DNA of 64,000 nucleotides, taken from positions 62,863-126,862 of the IMG/VR virus record IMGVR_UViG_3300025887_000010, one strand, 5' to 3'. The notes under the pieces are model-generated. The model saw only the letters and a program-made list of their open reading frames with translations. It was not told the DNA's origin and made no database searches. Shown in pieces: positions 1-8,251 of this stretch. Made by a program: the position numbers and the translations under genes. Position 1 is the stretch's first letter, and each line of letters starts with the position of its first letter. This DNA is from a virus.

Positions 1-1395
1 GTTATTCGGTCCAAGTTCAAGATCATCGAAAATGTCGTAGATGTCTACAGAGTCCTTATCTTCAGAGACTCTCAGATATCGACCGACTGTTTGGATGACA
101 GTAATCTTCGATTTGACAGGTGATGCCAGAACTCCAACGTTGAGATTGTCGATGCTCACACCTGTTGAGAGTGTCGCATATGTCGCAAAGAGCTTGACAC
201 CTTTGCCTTCGTTTGCTCGTTTCTTTGCAAACTCGCGATCTGCACCCTTGATCCCGCCATGAATGACGTAGACCTCTTCGTCAGGGTACAGCTTACGATA
301 GAGATCGACAAGTCGTTTACCATGCTTCTTGAAGCGGAAGAGAATGAGAACGTTCTCATCCTTGTCGCGATTCTGAATGATGTCAAAAATTGCTCTATCT
401 CGTGCCTTGATGGCAAGAAGAAACTTGATCTCATCCATATACTCAAGACGATTCTCGAAAAGATCAGGACGATCAGCGCGAATACGATCATAACCAAATC
501 GAGAAGAGATGACCTTAAGCTTCGCACTTCTTCCTCGATCGATCAGCTCCTTTGTAGTAGTCGTCTTGATGATTGGACCGAAGAGTCCACGAAGAACGAG
601 TTCAGCTGTCTTTGAATCACGGAGTGATCCTGAAAGACCATTTCGATGATGAGCATTCTGACACTTCTCCATGATTCCACGAATGGACGCAGATTCGGCA
701 AGGTGGACTTCGTCAACGACGACAGAATCGAAGCACTGAAACCATTCAGGCTCCAGCTTGAAGATCGATTGCCATGTCGTGATGGTAATCTTCGCAGAGT
801 TGTCCTTAGAACCGCGCAGTTTGTGAATGTCTTCTTCATCAATGCCGAATTCAATCAGGTCTTCGTACGTCTGATTGAGAAGCATAATTGAAGGAACGAC
901 CACAAGGATGTTGTTGTCGAATATGCGAGCATGAAGACAATATGCGACGTAGAGATAGATGATGAACGTCTTGCCAGAATTGGTAGGCGATTCGATCAAG
1001 CGTCTCTTTCCGCAGATCATCTGGATGGCAGCTTCTATCTGATATTCGTCAGGTTCGAAGGGGAAAGTTTGTTTCTCGAACCATTCCATGAAGTCAGAGC
1101 GAAGGTTTTCTGGTCCATTGAAATTGTGGATGTATACTTCTCCAAAATCCTCCGATTTGAGTTTGTCGTAGATGTCCTTAACGAGACCAGTGTAGATTTT
1201 CTTCGAACGACGATCGAACATTCGAATTTTTCCATCCCACTTGCCTTTCTTGTATCTCGGCTGGAATTGTGCTCCAGGCACATTGAATGTGAACTCATCG
1301 GAGAGAGCCATCTCAACCGCATGGTTGTTCGTGACCACTTCTATGTGGACGGGATTCGAACAGTCGAGGATTGTCTGGAATTCGGAGCTTTTCAT
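1..1395 (-). CDS. uvsW: UvsW-type SF2 DNA helicase (3' end runs off the window)
   Basis: Manual minus-strand translation from ATG 1395 is open to position 1: MKSSEFQ...EFTFNVPGAQFQPRYKKGKWDGKIRMF (UvsW N-terminal signature), Walker A SPTNSGKT, DEVH, LSGS, QTVGR. It is absent from the ORF track because there is no stop in the window. Confidence 0.95.
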   Translation of the reverse strand, partial: MKSSEFQTILDCSNPVHIEVVTNNHAVEMALSDEFTFNVPGAQFQPRYKKGKWDGKIRMFDRRSKKIYTGLVKDIYDKLKSEDFGEVYIHNFNGPENLRSDFMEWFEKQTFPFEPDEYQIEAAIQMICGKRRLIESPTNSGKTFIIYLYVAYCLHARIFDNNILVVVPSIMLLNQTYEDLIEFGIDEEDIHKLRGSKDNSAKITITTWQSIFKLEPEWFQCFDSVVVDEVHLAESASIRGIMEKCQNAHHRNGLSGSLRDSKTAELVLRGLFGPIIKTTTTKELIDRGRSAKLKVISSRFGYDRIRADRPDLFENRLEYMDEIKFLLAIKARDRAIFDIIQNRDKDENVLILFRFKKHGKRLVDLYRKLYPDEEVYVIHGGIKGADREFAKKRANEGKGVKLFATYATLSTGVSIDNLNVGVLASPVKSKITVIQTVGRYLRVSEDKDSVDIYDIFDDLELGPNN

Positions 1396-1627
1396 ATATA
1401 TTTTACCACTCACGCCGAGTTAAAATCTACGATGAAGATTGCACTCAAAAATGCTCTACCATACTTGATATGTCCGCCATTTATAGTGAACGACGAATTC
1501 GCAGAGTATTGCAAAATTCTCGAGAGTGATGGAGAGATCGAGCATCAGATCATTCCGAGATGGTGCTTTCACGAGAGATTCGACGACGTGTCATTCGAAC
1601 AGTGGAACATTGTTCTTATCTCAGCAG

Positions 1628-1657
1628 AAAAGGAGCAAATAGCGAGATTGCTCCTTT
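1628..1657. terminator. Intrinsic terminator-like hairpin, potentially bidirectional
   Basis: AAAGGAGCAA-N9-TTGCTCCTTT, a perfect 10 bp stem with A/T tracts on both sides. Confidence 0.6.
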
Positions 1658-1712
1658 CCAGATGTCTGATAGCCACTCATGCGTGGCGATTCAAGATCAC
1701 ATGACGATTAAT

Positions 1713-1869
1713 TCACTGATCAATTGAGACGGTATTCGTCGTATCCCAGTAGACGCGGAACACATATTGATCGATGTCGAACCAGAATTGGCGTCGGTCG
1801 CCCAATCCTCGATCAGCAAATCATCTGATGCGCCAAGACTTCGTCGAAGGTATTGTTTAGAATCTTCAC
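1713..1869 (-). pseudogene. Small ORF apparently broken by a +1 frameshift
   Basis: GTG at 1869 overlaps an upstream TGA. It reads VKILNNTFDEVLAHQM, then continues in another frame as FADRGLGDRRQFWFDIDQYVFRVYWDTTNTVSIDQ*. Length is 3n+1. Confidence 0.4.
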
Positions 1870-1943
1870 GAAGTCTTGATCTTATTCGTGTATTTCTGAA
1901 GAACGGCCGTGACCTTCTTCAGGTCGGCTTTCGAAATCGTCGA

Positions 1944-2183
1944 CTATGAGAACGTAGACATAACGGACACGATTGCCTCGAAAACGCTCTCCTTCTTTGA
2001 CTCGTCAAACTTGAGGTGGGAGTACGCAGCAAATGAAGATGCTGGTGCTGATCCCCACTGAATACTGACACCAAAGGGATTCACTTTCAGGACCTTTCCT
2101 TTGGCTCCATCTTTCTGGAATTCCCCTCCGTCCGAGACCAGAATGTCCCCGACCTTTACGCTGTCTTTGCTAGGTTTCTTCAT
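1944..2183 (-). CDS. Hypothetical protein (possibly truncated by a premature TAG)
   Basis: 79 aa ORF; the frame stays open for 25 more codons after the TAG, to a TGA at 1866-1868. Confidence 0.6.
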   Translation of the reverse strand: MKKPSKDSVKVGDILVSDGGEFQKDGAKGKVLKVNPFGVSIQWGSAPASSFAAYSHLKFDESKKESVFEAIVSVMSTFS

Positions 2184-2186
2184 TTC

Positions 2187-2582
2187 TCATCTTCCTATAA
2201 TTTCCTCGACAGCGATTTTCGCCTTTCGTGCTCTTCTTATCATATCTGCAGTTCCCGGACCACCCGGAAACGCAATCACCAAATCTGGCTTTTCTTCATC
2301 CAACATTTGTTGGTTTCGTATAGAACCAGCACGATTTCCGTACTTGCCCCAATCAGCAGGGTAAGGACGAACGGTTACCCAATTGGTTACTGCCCATTCA
2401 TCCGCAGCTCTATCAACACATTTAGCATCGCCATGGATGATGACGAGATCAGGTCGTGGAAGCCATGAAGGGTTCGAAATATCTCCAAACGACTTTCCAC
2501 CTAACTGATCGAGTGTGGAATAGACCAAATCGTGATCTACGTGAGTGTGCGAACCAGTAATGAGAACTCGAAATTCCTTCAT
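2187..2582 (-). CDS. SLOG-superfamily (DUF2493/YspA-like) protein
   Basis: RVLITGS...IIHGDAKCVDRAADEWA...YPADWGKYGNRAGSIRNQQML...PDLVIAFPGGPGTADMIRRA. Confidence 0.85.
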   Translation of the reverse strand: MKEFRVLITGSHTHVDHDLVYSTLDQLGGKSFGDISNPSWLPRPDLVIIHGDAKCVDRAADEWAVTNWVTVRPYPADWGKYGNRAGSIRNQQMLDEEKPDLVIAFPGGPGTADMIRRARKAKIAVEEIIGR

Positions 2583-2806
2583 GATGTTTCAACAACCTCG
2601 AAGTCACCAAACTCACCACCGAGTAGTGAGCCAGGAAGGTGGACAACTACTTTAATCTCTTCACCATTCATGTCGACATTTACCAACCAAATAAATCGGA
2701 TTGACGGATCTGGGTTGGCACTGAGGAACTCATGGCTAATCATGTTGTCCTTAAGGAACGATGCTGCTCCTTGGGATGTGTCAGGATATGTTGCTGCAGT
2801 TATCAT
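2579..2806 (-). CDS. Hypothetical protein
   Basis: 75 aa; AAAGGA RBS; first gene after an early promoter; overlaps the next gene by ATGA. Confidence 0.75.
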   Translation of the reverse strand: MITAATYPDTSQGAASFLKDNMISHEFLSANPDPSIRFIWLVNVDMNGEEIKVVVHLPGSLLGGEFGDFEVVETS

Positions 2807-2830
2807 GATGATTTCCTTTGTTATAGATCA

Positions 2831-2860
2831 AATATAACAAATTCTATGCTAAATGTACAA
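2831..2860 (-). promoter_or_regulatory. Early promoter
   Basis: TTGTAC-N18-TATATT followed by an ATAACAAAGGA leader. Confidence 0.75.
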
Positions 2861-2862
2861 TA

Positions 2863-3237
2863 CTATTTTGGGTCCCAAAGACGTGTGTCGATTACACGAG
2901 TCAGCACGCCGAATGAGTTGTAGTTCTGCTCGTATCCAAATGCGAGTTCTTCATCGTTTCGTGCGAGCAACACACAAACGGGAATCTTCCCAGTCTCTTG
3001 CGCGTAGATCAGCGCCTGTCCGATGCACTCGTAGTGTTTGGGTCGATACGCCCAGTCGAACTCCATGACGACGAATTCTGTTGCACAGTCGGGAAACAGT
3101 CGGGGTCCTGACAGATACGGTTCAGTCCCATGGTAGAGTTCGGCACAAATCAGGGTCGAATAGTAGGTCTCGCGTTCAGCGGCGTAGACTGGGTGACACG
3201 TCGACAGGAAGGTCAACATGACGAGTAGCTTCTTCAT
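2863..3237 (-). CDS. Hypothetical protein with a signal-peptide-like N-terminus
   Basis: MKKLLVMLTFLSTCHPVYA; coupled to the upstream ORF by an ATGA overlap. Confidence 0.75.
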   Translation of the reverse strand: MKKLLVMLTFLSTCHPVYAAERETYYSTLICAELYHGTEPYLSGPRLFPDCATEFVVMEFDWAYRPKHYECIGQALIYAQETGKIPVCVLLARNDEELAFGYEQNYNSFGVLTRVIDTRLWDPK

Positions 3238-3482
3238 TTCACAGCTCCAACTGCTTGCGCAACTACGTTTAACACCTGTGTGTTGTTTATCAACTTTCGA
3301 TACTGAGAAGGCAAACGTCCCAATTGGTCGTTAAGCTCGTCAGCAACTATGTCAACCAAAGTTTCTATCTCATTACGTGTCAGACCACCACCATCAGAAA
3401 GTCTGGTCTTCATAGAACGATTGACGTCCATCATGTGGTCGACAGCATCGACAAAGGCTCGAAAAAGTTCACGATTATTCAT
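3234..3482 (-). CDS. Hypothetical protein
   Basis: 82 aa, part of a translationally coupled run. Confidence 0.7.
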   Translation of the reverse strand: MNNRELFRAFVDAVDHMMDVNRSMKTRLSDGGGLTRNEIETLVDIVADELNDQLGRLPSQYRKLINNTQVLNVVAQAVGAVK

Positions 3483-3622
3483 GAAGGAAAGAGCTGACTC
3501 TGATTCACTCCGGCAGATTTTCCATTCATGTCAGCAAGGTCCTTTATGTCCTTGTAGTTCTCCATCTTCGGGTTCAGGACCGCTTGGATGGCTTCGTTCA
3601 GTATCTTTGCGTAATTTGTCAT
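3479..3622 (-). CDS. Hypothetical small protein (start revised to MTNYAK)
   Basis: ATGA overlap with the stop of the 3619-4191 gene. Confidence 0.6.
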   Translation of the reverse strand: MTNYAKILNEAIQAVLNPKMENYKDIKDLADMNGKSAGVNQSQLFPS

Positions 3623-4191
3623 TTCATATCTCCTGGGTTGATGACATCGAAAACATAGCACTTCTTTCGAAAGAAGCCCCTTTCGAGCGCTTTATTCATT
3701 CTGTGATGTCCGTCGAGTATGATGAGTTCTCCATTCCAGCGAACGAGAACAGGTCGTTTTTCGAGCTCGACCATGAAGCGGGAGCTCTTGAGCAGTGTGT
3801 CACCACCACCCATCTTAGAGAGCCAAGTTTGGCTCCCTTTCACATTTTTGAGATTGACGTATCTGACGTAGTCCCTTTCGAGTGTTTGAACAAATGACTC
3901 TCGATCTGCAGCAGCTTCTTCGATTTCGCTCATGCACTTTGAGACACAAGCGAATCCGTAAGAAATCAGGCCGTTGTCCTGATTGATGTGAGAGACAGGG
4001 AACTTCTGCTCCATATCTTCGAGCTTCTCTTCGATTTCATCGTCATCATCGTCTTTCGAACGTTTCTTCTTCCTAAACAGAGGCTTGGTTTTGCCTGCTA
4101 CTCCATCAGCTGAGTTCGTTGGTGCGGAAGCTCCTTCGCCCCCTTCCAAAACCATCTTGATGAGGTGGCTGAGAAGGCTTTCTTGTGTCAT
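3619..4191 (-). CDS. Protein with a C-terminal ParB/sulfiredoxin-like domain
   Basis: PVLVRWNGELIILDGHHRMNKALERG motif; N-terminal EGGEGASAPTNSADGVAG and an acidic linker. Confidence 0.65.
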   Translation of the reverse strand: MTQESLLSHLIKMVLEGGEGASAPTNSADGVAGKTKPLFRKKKRSKDDDDDEIEEKLEDMEQKFPVSHINQDNGLISYGFACVSKCMSEIEEAAADRESFVQTLERDYVRYVNLKNVKGSQTWLSKMGGGDTLLKSSRFMVELEKRPVLVRWNGELIILDGHHRMNKALERGFFRKKCYVFDVINPGDMK

Positions 4192-4220
4192 TCAGTTCGT
4201 CCAATCCGTTATTCGAAGAG

Positions 4221-4715
4221 TCAGACGACGGTCAAATTCCGATAGCGGATGTTGAGGTCGATCAGATTATCTTCGGTGCATACAAGTCTACTGCCTACAG
4301 GCAATTGCAAATCTTCATGATATTTTACCACTTCGAGACTTTGCCCAATTTTGATGATCGGGCATTTCGCAGTCTGATTGATCACACCATAGAGAAGAAT
4401 GCTTCGAACTTCGATGCATGACGCAAAATCGAAAAGATTCGGTGAATCCAAGGAAGCGTCATCCGCATTGACATACTGGTCAATGATACACGCGGTCTTC
4501 ATCAGCTCGAGACGTTCGAGATCAGCTTTCTCCTTTTCGTCATCTTCCATCCAACTTGATCGCTTCTGGATGCAGACGAAGCCTGTCGAATCAAGGTCCA
4601 TTGTTTCCACGAGAGCTTCAATGGCATCATGAAGATTGGTGAAACCACCTTCGTGAATGCCGTCGACTGAGACGCAGAAAATGTTTCCGTCCATGTCAGA
4701 TGTTTCCAATTTCAT
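4221..4715 (-). CDS. Hypothetical protein
   Basis: 164 aa ORF in the operon. Confidence 0.75.
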   Translation of the reverse strand: MKLETSDMDGNIFCVSVDGIHEGGFTNLHDAIEALVETMDLDSTGFVCIQKRSSWMEDDEKEKADLERLELMKTACIIDQYVNADDASLDSPNLFDFASCIEVRSILLYGVINQTAKCPIIKIGQSLEVVKYHEDLQLPVGSRLVCTEDNLIDLNIRYRNLTVV

Positions 4716-5023
4716 CAGAACAACCTCGGCTGATCTTCGAGAGCGTTGATGTGTTGTGTGGACGGCGTCGACTTGGTTGGTTTGAAGAGTCTGAGATTGA
4801 GACTCTTCATGCTGTTGCGCATTTTGCGATCATTGCGAAGATAGAGAAACTCAGCAAGTTTGTCTGGAGTCGTACGAATAATGAGATCGAACGACGAGTC
4901 GTACATTGGCGATCGTATGCTCCAAACATCACTGAGAAGCTTTGACATTCCCCCAGATTGGAGATCGTAACGAGTGATAGTGATCTCCACTTCCATTCCT
5001 TCGTCATTCGTTTTCGTACCCAT
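4715..5023 (-). CDS. Hypothetical protein (start revised to MGTKTN)
   Basis: AAAAGGA RBS before ATG 5023; the listed longer start lies inside the promoter. Confidence 0.75.
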   Translation of the reverse strand: MGTKTNDEGMEVEITITRYDLQSGGMSKLLSDVWSIRSPMYDSSFDLIIRTTPDKLAEFLYLRNDRKMRNSMKSLNLRLFKPTKSTPSTQHINALEDQPRLF

Positions 5024-5057
5024 GATCGTGATCCTTTTGTGTTTAGCTTGTAGGTTC

Positions 5058-5087
5058 AGAATATCACAATCACAACTCAATGTACAC
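5058..5087 (-). promoter_or_regulatory. Early promoter (leftward)
   Basis: GTGTAC-N18-TATTCT with TGTGA just before the -10. Confidence 0.85.
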
Positions 5088-5101
5088 AACTGATTGTGTT
5101 G

Positions 5102-5129
5102 GCTTTCGCGTGCGAAAGCATCGCGATGC
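5102..5129. repeat. Overlapping inverted repeats
   Basis: GCTTTCGC-GT-GCGAAAGC overlapping the 12 bp palindrome GCATCGCGATGC. Confidence 0.8.
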
Positions 5130-5265
5130 GCAAGCGCCTCACGAAGTCTTCAAGATTTTGGGTTTGATGCTGCTCTAGTGCGAATCGATTCAACACTCCC
5201 GCCCGCAGCTGCGCTGCTCCCACCTTCTCAATACAAATCAAGTCAGACCTAGACTATACTTGAAC

Positions 5266-5296
5266 TTGATTGATTGATTGATTGATTGGATTGGAT
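5266..5296. repeat. (TTGA)5 microsatellite plus two TTGG(A) degenerate units
   Basis: Read directly from the sequence. Confidence 0.95.
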
Positions 5297-5471
5297 AAAG
5301 AAGATATAAAACACTCCAAAACTAATGTACATATACAAAATGCATTCTTACAAAAGAATTTATCGTGTGTGATCCACTTGTCCTGATCATCAGCATTTCA
5401 ACCAAGCTCGCTGGGTCTCATCATCGTGTTTGATTATGATACATATATTAGGATTGCACGTGTGTACCTGT

Positions 5472-5501
5472 GTGTACGGGTGTATACGGGTGTGATATTC
5501 T
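5472..5501 (+). promoter_or_regulatory. Early promoter
   Basis: GTGTAC-N18-TATTCT; extra GTGTA copies at 5462 and 5480. Confidence 0.75.
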
Positions 5502-5554
5502 ATAGTCATTTTATAGTCGTAACATACATGACAAGAAAAGTACACAAATGAGTT

Positions 5555-5584
5555 GTGTACATGTAACAAAGAATTTGATATAAA
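5555..5584 (+). promoter_or_regulatory. Early promoter for the topoisomerase gene
   Basis: GTGTAC-N18-TATAAA followed by an AAAGGA RBS. Confidence 0.8.
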
Positions 5585-5608
5585 AAACCATAAGCAAAGG
5601 ATAACTAA

Positions 5609-7558
5609 ATGGCACGAAGAAAAAAGACACCGATCAAAGACGACGAGATCATCGCTCTCACTCAATTCCAACATGCTCGGATGAGAACGACCATGTATCT
5701 CGGTTCAACAGTTTCCGAGAAGCTTCGCTTTCCAATCATCAACGATTCGAAAGTCATCGAGTTTCGCGAATTCGAATATGTCCCAGCGATTCTCGTTTCG
5801 TTTCGTGAAGCAATCGACAATGCTCTCGACGAACTGACAAAATGCGGCGGAGGCGATCTGAAGGTTGACTACGACCACAAGTCTCTTATCTTCAAAATCT
5901 CCGACAACGGTCGCGGTATTCCAATCGAATTCTCTAAAGAGCTCGGCACCTATAAAGCGACAGCAGCACTCAGCGAAACACGCACAGGTCGAAACTTCAT
6001 GGAGCGTGAAGGAACGGCCGGCATGAATGGTCTCGGCATCTCAATTGTCAACATGTGTTCGAACTGGTTCCAAACCTACATCGAACGCGACGGAAAGTCG
6101 TTCTTCCAACGATTCGATCCTGGTGAAATTGATCTCATCATCTCCGAGCCAGTCATCGGTGAAAGCAAGAGCCGCAAAACCGGCACTACAATCGAATTCC
6201 AACTCTCGAAGAACATCTTCAAAGGCACACTCCCTGAAGAAATCGTCGAATCGTTGCTCTACCAAATCTCGGTGAGCCAACCTGACATCAACGTCTACTT
6301 CAACGGTTCGAAGATTGCTCATAAGGTTGATCCCAAGATGGCTCTCTTCGGAAAGTCGGAAGATGTTCACCATCTCAAACTTGGTGACAGCGGAAAGATC
6401 AACCTCTTCATTGCTCCATCAGATACATTCGAGCACTTCTCATTGGTCAACAACATTCCGACCATCAATGGTGGATCACATATTGACGCTCTGAAGTTCA
6501 AGTTCGGCAAGTACGTTCTCGAGTATCTGAAGAAAGAGAGCCGCAAGCGCAAGCTCAATCCAAACAGTCAAGACGTTTTGAACTGCTGCTTCTTCTATAT
6601 GACGATCTTCATGAACTCACCCGAATTCGATGGTCAAACAAAGTCGCGACTCCTCAATCCTGAGCTCGCAAAGCAAATCCACGACTATCTCGACCCATCC
6701 GACATGTCTCGCTACAATCTTCCGTCAAAGATCGTCGAAATGATCTACGATCGTTGCTCTGCTCGTACAGGTCGTAAGGATAAAGCTGAAATTGACAAGA
6801 AGGAAAAGGAGCTGAAGAAGAAGAAAGTTCCATCACTTTCAGATGCGACTGCGAAGGATCGCACAAAATGCACTCTCGCACTCTTCGAAGGTTTCTCAGC
6901 TTCATCATCATATCTCTCGGTTCGCAATGTCGAAACTCAAGCTTCCATGCCTCTTCGCGGTAAGATTCGCAACACGTGGGGTCTTCGTCCTAAGTCTGCT
7001 CTGAAGTCGGAAACGATCGATCAAATCTGTGCAGCCATCGGAATCGTTCCTGGCAAATCTGCCGATCCTGCGAATCTTCGCTATTCGCAAATCCAAATCT
7101 ACACCGACGCAGATCATGATGGTTCGAACATCACAGGACTGATCATCGCGCTCTTCTACAACTTCTGGCCGGAGCTCTTTGATCGCGAATGGTTGGAAGA
7201 GAACAACAAGGGCAAGCCTTTCATCGTCATGTCCCTGACACCGCTCTTCGCTGTTCAGAAAGGCAAAGAACGTCGCTACTTCTACGTTGGCGAACATTTC
7301 GACATGGATGAATTGAAGAAGCAAGGATGGAAGTTCGTATCTCGTTTCAAAGGTCTTGGTGCTCTCGACAACGAAGAATGGGTCGCTCACGTCAATGACA
7401 AGAAGTCGAAAATACCTGTCTTAGACGATGGTCGCCTCGAAGCTGTCCTGAACACAAACTTTGGTGATCGATCTTCTCTTCGCAAGAAAATGCTCCAAGG
7501 AGAACTCACCGTTGAGAACGCAAATGATCACAATGACTTTTCAAATGAGGGCGACTAA
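5609..7558 (+). CDS. gp39/60: Type II DNA topoisomerase large subunit (GyrB/ParE-like, fused gp39+gp60)
   Basis: EAIDNALDE, ISDNGRGIP, GMNGLGISIVN (GHKL ATPase); TOPRIM motifs LFEGFSA, PLRGK, TDADHDG, RFKGLG. Confidence 0.95.
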   Translation: MARRKKTPIKDDEIIALTQFQHARMRTTMYLGSTVSEKLRFPIINDSKVIEFREFEYVPAILVSFREAIDNALDELTKCGGGDLKVDYDHKSLIFKISDNGRGIPIEFSKELGTYKATAALSETRTGRNFMEREGTAGMNGLGISIVNMCSNWFQTYIERDGKSFFQRFDPGEIDLIISEPVIGESKSRKTGTTIEFQLSKNIFKGTLPEEIVESLLYQISVSQPDINVYFNGSKIAHKVDPKMALFGKSEDVHHLKLGDSGKINLFIAPSDTFEHFSLVNNIPTINGGSHIDALKFKFGKYVLEYLKKESRKRKLNPNSQDVLNCCFFYMTIFMNSPEFDGQTKSRLLNPELAKQIHDYLDPSDMSRYNLPSKIVEMIYDRCSARTGRKDKAEIDKKEKELKKKKVPSLSDATAKDRTKCTLALFEGFSASSSYLSVRNVETQASMPLRGKIRNTWGLRPKSALKSETIDQICAAIGIVPGKSADPANLRYSQIQIYTDADHDGSNITGLIIALFYNFWPELFDREWLEENNKGKPFIVMSLTPLFAVQKGKERRYFYVGEHFDMDELKKQGWKFVSRFKGLGALDNEEWVAHVNDKKSKIPVLDDGRLEAVLNTNFGDRSSLRKKMLQGELTVENANDHNDFSNEGD

Positions 7559-7776
7559 TGACTACTAAGACAATCACTAAGACAATCCCCAAATCGGAGA
7601 CAAAAATCGATAAGCCGATCAAGCGTTGCGTCGACTGCGACTCCGATTGTTGGGATGTCGCTCCTCACTACTTATCATGTTGGCTTGGAGTGTGCAGTAC
7701 AGGAAACAACATTGGCATCGCTGATGGTCTATGCCCTTTCTTGACGGATGAAGTTCCACTTCCTCCAAAAGAGTAG
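7558..7776 (+). CDS. Small Cys-rich hypothetical protein
   Basis: CVDCDSDC...CWLGVC...CPF; TAATG overlap. Confidence 0.65.
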   Translation: MTTKTITKTIPKSETKIDKPIKRCVDCDSDCWDVAPHYLSCWLGVCSTGNNIGIADGLCPFLTDEVPLPPKE

Positions 7777-7805
7777 TTTACTTCTAGCACATATTGTGTT
7801 ATGAT
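7776..7805 (+). promoter_or_regulatory. Early promoter with the exact T4 -35 hexamer
   Basis: GTTTAC-N18-TATGAT followed by an ATAAACCAAAACAAAGGA leader. Confidence 0.8.
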
Positions 7806-7835
7806 GAATTATAAACCAAAACAAAGGAAGCATAA

Positions 7836-8075
7836 ATGAAACTTTTTACTAAGATTGACAGTGAAGTTGAAATCTCAAAAATTCGGGATGCTGTCAAAAT
7901 AACTGATGTCGCAAATGTTATTTCGACATTTTCAAAAATCACAAAGAGTTTCAGTGATGAAAGCCAAATCAAAGCTCTTCACTATGCAATGGTCATCGAA
8001 GTTGGAAAGTCAAATGAATTACTCGGAGGTCATCCAATCATCTCCGTCAACGATCTCAACGAGGCCTTGAAGTAA
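7836..8075 (+). CDS. Hypothetical protein
   Basis: 79 aa with RBS, behind an early promoter. Confidence 0.75.
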   Translation: MKLFTKIDSEVEISKIRDAVKITDVANVISTFSKITKSFSDESQIKALHYAMVIEVGKSNELLGGHPIISVNDLNEALK

Positions 8076-8251
8076 TGGAAGAAAAAACGTTACCTCATTA
8101 TGTGAATGCTATCGATCCTTCTGACGAAGAAATCGCTGTAGCATTGTATTATCCTGATCATTTTGGCAAAGGTCATGGAGCCATTCGTTTTGACGGCTTC
8201 AATATGCCCTTTCACAGTGAACACACGATTGAATTTGAGGAATACTCATGA
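8075..8251 (+). CDS. Hypothetical 58 aa protein (not in the ORF track)
   Basis: MEEKTLPHYV...EFEEYS*; TAATG and ATGA overlaps at its two ends. Confidence 0.65.
   Translation: MEEKTLPHYVNAIDPSDEEIAVALYYPDHFGKGHGAIRFDGFNMPFHSEHTIEFEEYS

Noticed and set aside
1399-1405. TAAAATA before uvsW as a late promoter
   Set aside because: It is only 3 nt from the ATG, too close for a T4-type start site unless the true start codon is further downstream; not counted as evidence
259-1704. Plus-strand ORFs 259-615, 646-891 and 931-1704 (257 aa)
   Set aside because: Antisense shadows of uvsW, whose motifs are clear on the minus strand
1944-1946. Genome-wide stop-codon reassignment (TAG or TGA read as sense)
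   Set aside because: Long core genes, including a 1660 aa ORF, contain no in-frame stops, and TAG and TGA end genes normally (gp52, gp48, gp53). The disruptions are local.
2863-3237. Lipoprotein/spanin call
   Set aside because: LSTC is a poor lipobox, there is no nested i-spanin arrangement, and the gene lies in an early operon
3349-4945. Plus-strand ORFs 3349-3897, 4185-4421, 4399-4632 and 4700-4945
   Set aside because: They lie antisense to a translationally coupled minus-strand operon with RBS and promoter support
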